A DNA stretch of 64,000 nt. It comes from Eledone cirrhosa (lineage: Eukaryota). The notes under the pieces are model-generated. The model did no database searches. It saw nothing but the letters and a program-made list of their open reading frames with translations, and was not told where the DNA came from. The DNA is taken from NCBI GenBank assembly GCA_964016885.1, contig OZ024743.1, positions 112,220,001 to 112,284,000 of the forward strand. The letters run 5' to 3'. Numbering within the stretch: the first letter of the stretch is position 1; every line of letters starts with the position of its first letter. A program made the position numbers and the translations under genes. Below, piece by piece: positions 1 through 13,735 of this stretch.

Positions 1-2
1 TT

Positions 3-40
<38 letters not shown>

Positions 41-45
41 TAAAA

Positions 46-81
<36 letters not shown>

Positions 82-694
82 AATCTCTCTCTCTTTCTCT
101 TTCTCTTTCTCTTTCTCTATATATATAAATATATATGTAATCTCGCTCTCCCTCTCTCGACTCACACATATTATTCTGTATATTTATAATAATCTATACA
201 TCTATACTCTCTGATCTATCCCCACTACACAATATTTTGTTTCTATCTAATTATCTCTGGGTGCGAGCACATGTGCTCATAAACTCCCATGCATGTATAC
301 CGCTGCATATATATATTTGCTCACACAAACACACAAATATTTCTTGATAGTTCATCTCTCCTATGTACCTCTGTTGTATTTCCATGCTAAACATCAATCT
401 CATTCACTCCCTCTCTCACAATTCCTTTCGATCTCTTTCACCCTCTCTTTTACATTATCCCTCTATCACACTATTCCTCTCTATTTTTCTCTTACATTAA
501 TTCTCCACCTATATCTTTTCCATTTGACGTTTTTCGTGTTCTTTTTATTGCTGTTTTCCATACCTTTATTGTTAATGCCACGTTCTATCTTTGACTTTCT
601 CTCTCCTTCTATCACTCTATCTCTCTTTTCCTATATATATATATATGTGTGTGTGTGTCCTCCCTCTGTCGATTTCTCCTATCCCTTTCTCCCT

Positions 695-776
<82 letters not shown>

Positions 777-1479
777 TCTCCCTCCGTTTTTAGATATTTC
801 CCGGCTATGAAATTTAAGGAAACGTTTCGACAACACATACTTTGGTGTTTAAGATTCTAGTGGTGATTCGCTGTCATTCCTATACCCCCGACTTCTAACA
901 TATCTCCCTATCAGTATATCTCTCTACCACTCCCACCGGCTCACTCTCCCCCACCTCCGCTGGCCCACTCTCTCGGCCACTATTTCTTTATACCTTTATC
1001 TTCCTCTCTGATTTCATCATTTCCACTCCAACTCTCACTCTCAACATCCACCAAAATCAATTCCCCTCCATCAACACCTCACCACCACCATTGATCAACG
1101 AACCAATCCGTCGCCAAACCTCAGCTACAACCAAGTGTGTCATAAGTGACAGTATGTTGGTGTCTATTTCGGTTAATTAAGGTGTCAAAATATCAAACGA
1201 ACGCGCGACACATCGTTAATTCTAGGTTTCGCCATGGAGAAAATAGTAAAAACAAATGAATAAATAACATATAAAATGCAATAACAACAACAAAAATAAC
1301 AATAACCTTACGAAAACAACAAATAAAGACATGAAAACAAAGTTATTGCAAATAGGACATTTTAGGGTTCAACGTAGTTTTGTTTGTGTGGCTTCATACG
1401 TGCACACACACACACACACACACACTTATATATATATATACACACACAAACACACATATATATATACACACACACAAAC

Positions 1480-1514
<35 letters not shown>

Positions 1515-1584
1515 TACACTTATATATATATATATATACATATATATATACACATATACATATATACATATATATACATATATC

Positions 1585-1628
<44 letters not shown>

Positions 1629-1640
1629 CACATATATATT

Positions 1641-1680
<40 letters not shown>

Positions 1681-1699
1681 TATATTCACATATATATAC

Positions 1700-1750
<51 letters not shown>

Positions 1751-1783
1751 TATATACATATATATATATACATATATATATAC

Positions 1784-1872
<89 letters not shown>

Positions 1873-2181
1873 CGTGTGTGTGTGGATCTGTTTCTTTTGT
1901 TTGCTCCTTTCATCATAATCGTTATCAACTTCATCATCATTTATCACCATCATTATCATCATCATCAGAATGATCATTTTTTATTAGCTATTGCTATGTA
2001 TTTTCCTAGTTGTTTTATTTATCAAAAATAACGCAGAATCTAAAGTGGTGTGGGATTCTCATTTTTGGTTTACTTTCATTTATTCGGCTATATTTACGTA
2101 CATGTATATTCACACAAACACACATACACACATATATATATATATACATACGTAAATAACGTAGATTGAAAAAATGCACAC

Positions 2182-2223
<42 letters not shown>

Positions 2224-2361
2224 TGTGTATGTGTGTGTCTGTGTATATATGTATATATATATATATATGTGTGTGTATGTGTGTGTGATTTTGTGAGTGT
2301 GAGTGTATATATATATTTATATATATATATAAATATATATACATACATATACATATATACA

Positions 2362-2402
<41 letters not shown>

Positions 2403-2469
2403 TTATATATATACACCCATATATATATATATATAAATATATATACATACATATATATATATACATATT

Positions 2470-2897
<428 letters not shown>

Positions 2898-3113
2898 TAA
2901 TATATATCTTCATTGTACTGAATCATTTGGGTGGTTAGATTTCCGTGTACGTTTCTCATATATGTGTATATATATATATGTGCGTGTGTGCGTGTGTGTG
3001 TATGTGTGTGCGTGTGTGTGTGTGCGTGTGTCTGTGTGTGTGTGTACATGTATTTACGAGAGTCGGTTGAAAATCCGTAGCCTGACCAAGATACTCTCAT
3101 GGAATGACAAATC

Positions 3114-3218
3114 ATTGTTTCTACTTTCGGCACAAGGCCAGCAATTAACCAGTACATTACTGGTACTTTATTTTATCGACCCCGTAAGGATGAAAGGCAA
3201 AGTTAACCTTGGCGGAAT
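3114..3218 (-). mobile_element. tRNA-derived SINE family A, 3' half
   Basis: Reverse complement of the shared body gttaactttgcctttcatccttacggggtcgataaaataaagtaccag...gtagaaacaat seen in many copies in this window. Confidence 0.85.
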
Positions 3219-3417
3219 GAGAAATAATGTTTCTTTTTCAACATAGTACTAGTTATTGAGACGAAGGGTTGAAATGTATGCAGGCCAGATTTCACAGCTC
3301 TAGCATCACTCTTTCTTAATTAGCCATTGAAGTTTTCAGCCGACCCTCGTATATATGTACACACCCATGCACATGTGTGTCTGGCATACACACACACACA
3401 CACACAAACACATACAT

Positions 3418-3466
3418 GCTTCCTGGTGATTTCTCCCGAATGAAACAGTTCTAGTCTTGTAGAAGC
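3418..3466 (+). ncRNA. Type I hammerhead ribozyme motif, one core substitution
   Basis: Stem I gcttc/gaagc; core CUGGUGA (A>G); stem II ttc-tccc-gaa; GAAA at 3442; cleavage triplet GUA at 3459-3461. Confidence 0.6.
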
Positions 3467-3560
3467 CTTTCTATATAATATATTTATACTCTGCTTTGTA
3501 TTGAGTAACTTACTTACTGTGGTTACTCCCGATTGAACCCGGGATAAACTTGTGTATATA

Positions 3561-3609
<49 letters not shown>

Positions 3610-3667
3610 AAAAGAATGAAACGAAATTTCATTTCTCACTCTTAGTACGGTTGATATACATACTTAC

Positions 3668-3700
<33 letters not shown>

Positions 3701-3994
3701 TATATGTATATGTATATATATATGTATATATACATACTCACACATTTGTGTGTGTCAAGAGAGAGGAAGGGTGGATCCCTGTGAGCAGAATCGTAAAGAA
3801 AGACATTTCTTCATTTTTATTAGTATTATTCGTTTGTATATATTTATTTCTGTATTTGCTTCATTATAGGTTTTGAAGTCGACGTAGTTGACGCCCTTTA
3901 CTCTTAAACTAAGACAAGCTAAAATGGTCTGTTTCCTTGACTGAATTGGCTAAGAAGAGACATTAAGCAAGAAATCACGTACACAACCACATAT

Positions 3995-4130
<136 letters not shown>

Positions 4131-4151
4131 ATTTATATATATATTTATATA

Positions 4152-4355
<204 letters not shown>

Positions 4356-4747
4356 AGAGCGCTTGCACCTATTTCTTTATATCACGGATGAAGAAAAGCC
4401 GAACCGAATGAGAAATAAGGAAAAGATTAACAAATAATGACTGGTTCTCCTCCTCTAATGTTTTGTGTTTTCATTATTGGAACAAGTAAAGTATGGCGTC
4501 GTAAAATATTTTGGGTAAAGCTGCATTAATAACCTGAAGCATCTTAATTTGTCAGCACTCGACGAAGAATCTGCGTTATAATTTCTATTTATCTACGGAA
4601 TCACTTCTAAACAGTCTCATTTATAACTCTTTTTTCTCCCCTTTTTCTTTGGTACCGGTATTTATCTTTATATTTTCTTGTAATTCCCATTCTCTTCTTT
4701 CATGTTGTAGCTTTTTGTTTCTTCACTCACGCACGCGCGCAGACACG

Positions 4748-4784
<37 letters not shown>

Positions 4785-4875
4785 ATATAGATATAGATAT
4801 ATATATAGTTAGATATAATAAATGGAATGGACATACCACTCACATGTACATATATGTGGATGATATATATATATG

Positions 4876-4912
<37 letters not shown>

Positions 4913-6505
4913 ATTTATGTATATATATATATATCATCCCACAGATCTGTGTGTGTGTGTGTGTATTTATGTATATATATATCATCCCACAGATCTGTAC
5001 TTGTGTGTGTATCCATTCCATTCATTATTTGACTTTATCCCGTTATTCTACACCTTTATATTGTTATAATTACCTTTGGTGTAATAAAGTAGAAATAAAG
5101 AAAACCATTATTTTTGTTGTGGCACAATTGTTAGAGAGTCTTAAAATATGTCATGCGATATATATTTGTGATCTTTTACGTTCAATTCACGCCGATTTCT
5201 ATATTGACATTAAACTTTCCAAAGTTGATAAAATAAATTAACTGCGATTTAATTGAATATTTTTACCATCCAAATTTCTGGAAGTATACCTTTGATAGAA
5301 ATTTAACACTTTTCTTACTAAACTGCCCGAAACGGCCCTTGGTTTTATTATGCAATTCATTTTATTTTGAAGAGTTTATGTTTATCTTATAATTTTCCAT
5401 CATTTGTATTAAATATATTATGTTCCAAAAGTGTCTAAAATCTAAAGTCTCTCTTAATCCTGTGGACTCATTGAGCTGGTGATTATCTCCATCTTGGCGT
5501 TACATGAGTGAGAGTACAAGGCTCCGATTATTGTCAGGACGCCAGACCATTGCAGTGTTAAACTCCGAGCTACTGCCGGTACACATGTTCAGTTTTGAAT
5601 ACTGGGGTATTATGAAATGATGTGTTTGCTCGCTATCAGGCACATATATCGAACACACGGCATTATGATGATACATCCATCACGCTAATATTTAGTCCGC
5701 ACGCCTAGTATTCCAAGCACCGGTTAAGTAATGAGATAGTTAGTTATTTTAATATATCCTTTCAAATTCTCAATTATAATCGAAATAAATTAAAAATCAT
5801 ATCACGTTCTGAGTTCTAATTTACAACTATCCTACATTTTCATCTTTAAATATGACCTGCAAAATTAGTAACCGACAGGAATTAGAATCTGAATTTCACT
5901 TAAACTTCGTCTCAAATCCATGAAATATTTTACATTGGCTCGAGGTAGACAATACTTGAAGAAAGATGGTATACTCTTCCAGAACAGACTTCCAACCAAA
6001 CAAGCACAACGACTACAAAAATAGCAACGAATTATTAAATCTATTTGACCTATGTTATCAAAATCAACGGCAGCAGACATGAACTTAATTCATTTTTGAA
6101 GTCCAGGATCAGTATGTCATATAGATATATGTAAAAACAAATGTTTGCACACTTTGATTAGAATGCTATTGAAGTGTGTATACATTTTGGGGGGACACCC
6201 TATATATACAACGATTATCTGATATTTCAACAATTATACGAACTAGGGGATTGTTTTGATAAATTATAGTTTCCTATTAACACGTGAAAGTAATTAAAGA
6301 TAAGAATGATACTTTTGAAATTGTTTTCTAGGATATAATTACTTGAACGTTCCTCATAGCAGTACACATTATATGCACGTATAAATGTATGAGCAATTCC
6401 AGACATAACTATTTACCGGGGGATAAATATATTGAGTGATTACAAAGTAAACTTCTTATTTCAGCAAAATGACTAAAATGGGAAATTCAATATGTGTGTA
6501 AACTT

Positions 6506-6547
6506 TAAAGAATCAGACGAATATATATATATTCGTCTGATTCTTTA
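6506..6547. repeat. Perfect 42-bp palindrome centred on (TA)n
   Basis: taaagaatcagacgaatatatatatattcgtctgattcttta is its own reverse complement. Confidence 0.9.
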
Positions 6548-6716
6548 TATATATATATATATATATATTTAAGAATATTTATTTACTTTACCTATTTCAC
6601 AGTTCTTATGATTTTCAAAAGTAAAATTAAGATGGAGTGTTTTGTGTTTCTGTTGTGGTGTATCTCGCATCTAGTTGGAGTTCGAATATTATTTCTATTT
6701 TATACAAAAAGAGCGG

Positions 6717-6776
<60 letters not shown>

Positions 6777-6845
6777 CAATGTCTAGCAAATAGAGAAAAA
6801 GTTTTAAAATAAATTTTTTTTAAATTCGCTGTACTTACTATATGT

Positions 6846-6927
6846 GCCTTTACCGCAGTTTCAGGCTCCAGAATAAACGGAAAATCCCAGCGGATTTTCA
6901 TTGAGAAGGGACCAATCTTCAGAAGGC
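6846..6927 (-). ncRNA. Type I hammerhead ribozyme (left-arm copy)
   Basis: Mirror of 7225-7306; core intact; loop III reads UGCG instead of CGCG. Confidence 0.7.
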
Positions 6928-7224
6928 TCTTCCCCTCGGAGAATATAAAATTCCCGAGTTCAAATCACAAACTGACGCCATACAAAACCATTCCCAAATG
7001 AGAGCGGATGATGAAAGAAATAATTCTGTCTGGTGCCGTGTGCAAAGACAAAAGGCAGGGTGTCCTGCCACTAGAAATAACAGCAATCCACCCTGCCTTT
7101 TGTCTTTGCACACGGCACCAGACAGAATTATTTCTTTCATCATCCGCTCTCATTTGGGAATGGTTTTGTATGGCGTCAGTTTGTGATTTTAACTCGGGAA
7201 TTTTATATTCTCCGAGAGAGAAGA

Positions 7225-7306
7225 GCCTTCTGAAGATTGGTCCCTTCTCAATGGAAATCCGCTGGGATTTTCCGTTTATTCTGGAGCATGAAACCGCGGT
7301 AAAGGC
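7225..7306 (+). ncRNA. Type I hammerhead ribozyme with extended stem II
   Basis: gcctt-CUGAAGA-[long hairpin]-GAAA-C-CGCG-G-UA-aaggc: perfect stem I, palindromic loop III, GUA cleavage site. Confidence 0.85.
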
Positions 7307-7490
7307 ACATATAGTAAGTACAGCGAATTTTTTTTTTATTTATTTTAAAACTTTTTCTCTATTTGCTAGACATTGATTTTATATGTTCTGGCTTGTTAAT
7401 TTATTAACCCGCAATAGAACCACATTGGCATACGGTTGGATAATACTTGTTTCCCTACATGTATTTTTTACACGTAGGATTTCCCACTTT

Positions 7491-7554
<64 letters not shown>

Positions 7555-7640
7555 CGAAAGTAATGTTCTTTTCAATATATTCCGCACGAGACTCTAACTA
7601 CCCACAGATACACATTTTCACGTAACATTCCTCGCCTTGC

Positions 7641-8013
7641 TTGGCAGTATCAGTAGAGGGTCTGACATCATGCTTTGCAGCACAGTTACGTCTCTTGCCA
7701 TTCTGAGTTCAAATCCCGCCGAGGTTTACTTTGCCTTTCATCCTTATTGGGTCGATAAAATAAAGTACCAGTAATATACTGTGATAATTGCTGGCCTTGT
7801 GCCAAAAGTAGAAACTATTATTATCGGTGGATTGGCAGTATCGGTAGAGAGTCGGTCACCATGCTTTGCAGCAAAGAATTACTGCCCTTTATGATCTGAG
7901 TTCAAATCCCGCCGAGGTTAACTTTGCCTTTCATCCTTACGGGTTCGATAAAATAAAGTACCAGTAATACACTGTGATAATTGTTGGTCTTGTGCCAAAA
8001 GTAGAAACAATTA
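7641..8013 (+). mobile_element. Two head-to-tail SINE family A copies (7641-7820, 7825-8013)
   Basis: A-box-like tggcagtatcgg, B-box gagttcaaatccc, shared body and (TTA) tail. Confidence 0.9.
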
Positions 8014-8237
8014 TTATTGCTATTGTGGTCGGCTTTATTATTGTTTTATTCTTTGATCCTCTGTACCTGAACGAAGAAGGAAATACATGGCCCACAAACA
8101 CATACAATTCTTGAATAAATAAAAGAAAATATATTTATTCAAAATAAAGCAAATATATTTGCGCACCCGGCTATTCATTACATAATAATCCAACGCACAT
8201 AAGTACACACGCATAGACATACACTAGCACACAGTAC

Positions 8238-8411
8238 CCGTAGAGCGTCGGACGCTATGCCTTGACGCATAGAGTTACCGCGCTTGCCATTCTGAGTTCG
8301 AATCCCGCCGTGGTTAACTTTGCTTTTCATCCTTACGGGGTAGATAAAATAAAGTACCAGTAATGCACTAGGATACTTGCTGGCCTTGTGCCAAAAAGTA
8401 GAAACAATTAT
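8238..8411 (+). mobile_element. SINE family A
   Basis: B-box gagttcgaatccc plus shared body. Confidence 0.85.
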
Positions 8412-8449
8412 TGGCGGAAAGAGAATTTAGTTCTCTATTAAAATTCGAC

Positions 8450-8568
8450 GTTTACGGCCATATCATTTTGAAAGACATGGTTCTCGTATGATCACCTAAG
8501 TTAAAAAACAGCGGGCCTAGTCAGGAGTTAGATGGGTGCCTGCATGGAAAATGTAGGTGTTTTAAGCA
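8450..8568 (+). pseudogene. Full-length diverged 5S rRNA copy
   Basis: gtttacggccatatc...ggttctcgtatgatcacctaagttaa...gggcctagtcaggagttagatgggtg...gtgttttaagc is colinear with the metazoan 5S consensus over about 119 nt; TTTT terminator at 8573-8576; many substitutions. Confidence 0.85.
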
Positions 8569-8579
8569 TCTGTTTTGGT

Positions 8580-8880
8580 GAAGGCGCTTGATTTAGTGGT
8601 GAGGGCGTTCGGCTTGCAATAGAGGGTTCGATTCCTAGCGGGGCAATGTGAACTTCAGCAAAACGTTTTATTTCATATTGCTCCAGTCCACCCAACGGAG
8701 AAAACTTAGTTGCAATTGTAATCCCAAGGCCGACCATTGTCACATTGAATCTCCCTCTAAACTTTGTTAAGGGTACACGGGTATGCAGAATGCTCAGCCA
8801 TTTGCACGTCAATTTTACGGGTGGACTGTTCCATTGTTTAAACAACTGGAACGCTTGTTGTCGAAACCGAAGAAGGTCCT
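8580..8880 (+). mobile_element. tRNA-derived SINE family B
   Basis: Head ggcgcttgatttagtggtgagggcg, B-box ggttcgattcc, body ttgctccagtccac...gttaagggtacacg...caactggaac recognised as an octopus SINE. Confidence 0.7.
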
Positions 8881-9397
8881 AGACCTGGGCATGTTAAAAT
8901 CCGTTATTGTCTTTTCCCATTCGACAACACGTGTACTCAGTGATATTAAGGATATTCTATGCTGTCTGTTTATCTATTTACATGTACATTGATGTAACAC
9001 CTTACCTACCATTTCATTTATTTTTATAGTCATACAACCTCCATTTATCTTCACTGTATGAATCTATTAACCACAATTTTCATATATTTTGTTTTTATTT
9101 TGGAAGATCTATGTTCCGTTTTACAGATTCACTTTATCTACCCTCTCAATCCATTTAGCTATATGTATATCAAAAGCAATAACCCACCCGCACTACTCTC
9201 TCTCTCACTCTCTCTCTCCCTCTATCTATCTCTCTCTCCCTCTATCTTTATCTCTCCCTTTCGCTGTGTATATATTTTTTAATGCATTAATACATACATA
9301 TACATATATAGAAAGGCAAGCACACTCATATTCATAATTGTATGATTTGATGTACTTGCGCTTGAATTTACATATGGATATAAACGCATACAGTAGT

Positions 9398-9493
<96 letters not shown>

Positions 9494-10268
9494 TGTGTGT
9501 TTGTGTATAGGCAATCTATGTACTTATACAGGCAATATATGTATTTTCATTTCTATGTGTAAGTCTTTGAGGTGTTTAGAGAATTCCGTGTGGTGTCTGT
9601 AATGTGTGCATATTATTATATGGATGTGTGTATCTTTGTGTGAGAGAGAGAGAAAGAGAGTAAATTAGAATAAACCCATAGAATATAGAATAAGTTGTGA
9701 AAATTCCTGTAGAGTTTTCTCACAATCGTTAACATTTCCATCACTTAAACACCATTTTCGAAGAATAGGAAAGTATATCGAGAACTTAACCACAAGCAGT
9801 TATCAATTCTTCGGAAAGTTTTGCTTACTTTCTCCTGAAGAAGACAAATGGAAGTAAACAACATGAGTAGGAATGGTAAAATACCATTAGTTGTTAAAGG
9901 AACAGAAAACATTAAATACATATTCATACACACACACACATATGTATATGTATATATATATATATAGGTGTGTATGTATGTATGTGTATATATATATAAT
10001 ACAAGCATATATACGTGTATGTATAGATTCACAGCTAAGTATTATATGAAATTTGTTTTTAGAGAGACCAAAAGAAACTTTTGTAAAATATACCATATTC
10101 AATACGAGTTTGGAATATACTTTTTGTCCATGCAACAGTGACAATTTTACACTTACTGATATATTTAAAGCACGTGAATATAAAATGCTCAGATACACAC
10201 TCACAAACATAAATATGCACATGTATATAGATGTATGAGTGTGTGTTAGTGTGTGTGTGTGTGTGTGT

Positions 10269-10339
<71 letters not shown>

Positions 10340-10454
10340 CGTTTGTGTGTGATTGGTTGACAGCTCAGTCCCTCTCTTAACATGAACATCCACCGCATAA
10401 TCAAAGCAATCAGAGAGAACACAATCAATTAGTGATCTGTCCCTAATTCCCCTT

Positions 10455-11200
10455 ATACCATGTATATATATGGATGTCTCTGTGCTCGATGAAGGTATTC
10501 ATAAAAGCGAGTCTATAGCTAACTCAGCAGTCCTTTCATATTTAGATCTTAATCGCCATTTCTTCCAATCACTCGTTTCCATGTCAGGTCGCCATCAGGA
10601 TATATGACTCAGTCTTAACTACATCTAACGCTGCAGGGACTTCATCAAAGAAGGACCTGTATTCAGACTCCTTGTTTGGTTCATAAACACCCACAGAGAC
10701 CTATCTTTCAGCGAAAGCTTCAAGAGGCACATCCTCCCAACAGGATCCAGTTCATAACACATTTTGACAGACGGGGCCTTGTGAGTATCCCCACTCCCAC
10801 ATGTGCAGTCATTTCTGGCACCATACCTGAATAGTGTAGTTTCCATCCTCCATCCAAATCTACAATATCAGAGCTACTGAACATTGTTGAGGGAACACTG
10901 ACTATATCTAGTCGATAGCATCTAGCCTTCTCCACTAGTTCCTGCTCCTTACCTGTAAGGGTTGTGATGTTCCACGTACAAACTGTTAAGGTTTGCTACC
11001 TTCCGGAATTTTTTTGGTGTCTCGGGATAGGCAAACTTTAGGCATCTAACCCACTTCTCCCAGGCCTATCGGTACTTTTTGCAGCATGAGTTGTAAGCTG
11101 CATATGTTTAGAACAGGCCCCTCTACCTAAGCCCTGAACGCGTCCCTCGTTATTCCGCACGAAATCCGATGCGGCGTGGTTCGTTTTTGGTTTCCTCATC
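10455..11200 (-). mobile_element. RTE-clade LINE, APE endonuclease fragment (decayed)
   Basis: Minus strand reads VCTWNITTLTGKEQELVEKARCYRLDIV...GWKLHYSG...VGVGIL, an Expander/Rex3-like endonuclease. Confidence 0.75.
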
Positions 11201-11289
11201 ATAATGCAGTTTCAGTTTCAGTTTCAGTTGTCATATTCGCGCCAGTCACCAAACAGGTACTTTGTCAAATCTGCAAAGACTAGGCTGGG

Positions 11290-11700
11290 GTCACAAGAGC
11301 AGTTAACGAGCTCAAATGTGGAAAGGTCACTGGGAAGATGAAATCGGGCCCGAGATATTAAAAACCTTAAATGGAGAATGTGTTCTCTGACTGATTCGTG
11401 TGTGCCGGTTGGCCTGGATAAAACACCTAAGCAATGGCCATCGGGAATGATGATCCAAATTTTTGAAAAGGGTGAAAAGAGAGATTGTTCCAATTACAGA
11501 GGGATCGCCTTGTTAAGCTTCCACGATAAGGTTTATGCTAAGTGTGTGGCAAAAAGATGCAGGGAGATTGTTGAGACCAAGATAGCTGATGAACGGTATG
11601 GTTTTCGCCCTTGATGCAGCACAGCGACCAAACATTCACGCTGCTGTAGGTCTTTGAAAAATCGCTGGAATCGCTGGAATCGCTGGAATCTTTGAGAAAA
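11290..11700 (+). mobile_element. RTE-clade LINE, RT fragment, inverted relative to the adjacent endonuclease piece
   Basis: IFEKGEKRDCSNYRGIALLS...YAK...YGFRP; ends near three aatcgctgg repeats. Confidence 0.8.
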
Positions 11701-11995
11701 GGAATACATTGAAATTTGGTTACCTTCACCCTTCGTATTCTTCTTTAATTGTTGTACTTTAATTTCATTGTGCTCTATACACGTGACTTGTATATAAAAT
11801 AAAAACACATTATGCGGTTTTTCAAATTTTTATCATAAATCGATTTGCATAAAGAACCTTAATCGTCCAACATTTTGATTTCTCTCTCTCTCACCTCCCC
11901 TTCTGTCTCTCTCTCACCTTCTCTTCTCCCTCTCTCTCTCTCTCTCTCTCTCAGTCTCTTTATATATATATGAGAACAAGGCACACCACTTAGGG

Positions 11996-12269
11996 CAGTA
12001 GTTCCCACAGTTGTTATACTCACGGCACGATGTTGTAATGGTAAAATTATGCTGGCTTACTTTTTACGTCACATTCTTAAAAAAGTGGACAGACTTTGCC
12101 AATTTTCGCAAAAATGTTACTATATTTTACTTGTTTGCCACTCTAGAAGCAGTTTATGAACTTTTGTACGAAGTTCATTTCCTATTTTGCATATCTTAAA
12201 ATATCATTTGAGTCTTTTCCGTCGTATTAATGCACTGCGGCGCACGGCTTGGAAACCTGGCAACCACAG
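11996..12269. mobile_element. hAT-type MITE
   Basis: Imperfect TIRs cagtagttccc / ggcaaccacag; identical 8-bp TSD acttaggg at 11988-11995 and 12270-12277. Confidence 0.75.
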
Positions 12270-12292
12270 ACTTAGGGTAAATATATATATTA

Positions 12293-12706
12293 ATAAAAGG
12301 AATTCCAACTTTGTCTGATTTACTCGTTTTATTTACAATCCTTTAAAATTATAATGATATTATAATGAAATAGTATGGTAGAATATTAAATGTTAAGTGT
12401 TAATTGAACAAGTAATGTCATGCTTTCGCAATCTTCAGGTTCATATTCTGTGGTGACAGTCAAGTTTGCAATTTTCACAGTTGAAAATTGCAAACTTGAC
12501 TGTCACCACAGTATGTGAACCTGAAGATTGCGAAAGCATGAAAGTACTTGTTCAATTAACACTTAACATTTAATATTCTACCATACTATTTCATTATAAT
12601 ATCATTATAATTTTAAAGGATTGTAAATAAAACGAGTAAATCAGACAAAGTTGGAATCCCTTTTATAAAGATAATCTTATATACACAATCATACACACCC
12701 GTGTAT
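12293..12706. mobile_element. Tail-out palindrome of a Penelope-like pLTR (arms 185 bp, 4-nt loop)
   Basis: 12293-12477 pairs with 12482-12666; about 40-nt extra tail on the right; TA-rich flanks; hammerhead in the arms. Confidence 0.8.
12516..12554 (+). ncRNA. Minimal type I hammerhead ribozyme (39 nt)
   Basis: tgaac-CUGAAGA-U-ugc-gaaa-gca-U-GAAA-GUAC-UU-gttca. The mirror copy at 12405-12443 (-) has a mutated GAAA box. Confidence 0.8.
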
Positions 12707-12720
12707 ATTTATATATATAT

Positions 12721-12851
12721 ATGAAAAAAGGCAAAACCCCGACGGCCGTCGGGTGTCTGACTTTTTTCTTACTACCCACTCTACTACCAAAAGTATCGAG
12801 TACTCTGGGGCGTTATCGTCCACCTGGTTCCTTACCAAATTTCCTTCGTTA
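12721..12851 (+). mobile_element. Short (TA)n-inserted element, family X, with 5' fold-back
   Basis: 3' end gttatcgtccacctggttccttaccaaatttccttcgtt is shared with copies at 31030, 34031 and 34456; imperfect hairpin at 12723-12768. Confidence 0.7.
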
Positions 12852-13735
12852 TATATATATATAAATATATATATATATATGTGTATATCTATCTATCGAT
12901 ATATATATATAATATATATATAATATATATATATATAAAAATACGTATTTAAGAAAGCCACAACAATGCAAAGGGAAATCTCGAGGTAGGAAGTGAAATA
13001 TAGATAGGAAAAACAGGTGAAAGTGAAAGTTGAGAGAGACAAAGATGAAAACAAAACAAAGGTAGAAGGGTTACCGTAGTAGAGATTTTAATCCCAATAT
13101 TTCGGGCTCACGCCCATCAACGGGGGAAAAGTTCCAAAAGGGGGGAAAACAGGCCAAGCGGAGAAAGTGTTGATGTCGTTAAGACAGGAATGCCGTTATG
13201 GGGAGAAAAATATTTAAAATTTAAACGAGGGAGAGAATGCGCGTGCGCGTGATAAGCTGTGGCAAAAGCTACTGACCAAATGGGTTAAATCAAGAGGGTG
13301 CGTTAGCGTGTGAAAGCCTTAAGATATGTGTATGTAAATATATATGTGTGTGTGACTGTGTGTGTATAGGTGTAAGTGTGTATGTGTGTGAGTGTGTGTG
13401 TGTGTGAAAGATAGTGGGCTGTAGAAGTTGGAAATCAAAGGGTGTGAAAGGTGGTAGGTTGTAAAATATGTGTGCGTGTATAAATATAGAAGTGTGTGTG
13501 TGTAAGCGTATGGGTATACATGTGTGTGTGTAACTGTGTATGTATATGTGTGAGTGCGTTTGTGTGTGAAAGATAGTGGGCTGTAGAAGCTGGAAATCAA
13601 AGGGTGTGAAAGGTGGTAGGTTGTAAAAACATGTGTGCGTGTAAAATATAGAAGTGTGTGTGCATGCGTATGGGTATGCATATACGTGCGTGTGTGTGAA
13701 TATAACAGGCCGTAGGCTGTGAATGGTCATTATGG

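Larger units (their letters stand above)
6771..7490. mobile_element. Tail-out inverted duplication of a Penelope-like pLTR (arms about 290 bp, 26-bp spacer, right-hand tail)
   Basis: 6771-7062 is a near-perfect reverse complement of 7089-7381; spacer 7063-7088; about 110 extra nt on the right before (TTA)n/(TA)n; hammerhead in each arm. Penelope origin is inferred from the ribozyme type. Confidence 0.8.

Noticed and set aside
6919-7376. Paired ORFs on opposite strands
   Set aside because: A by-product of the palindrome; no protein motif.
7641-8411. tRNA genes
   Set aside because: A/B boxes belong to SINE heads; no cloverleaf can be folded.
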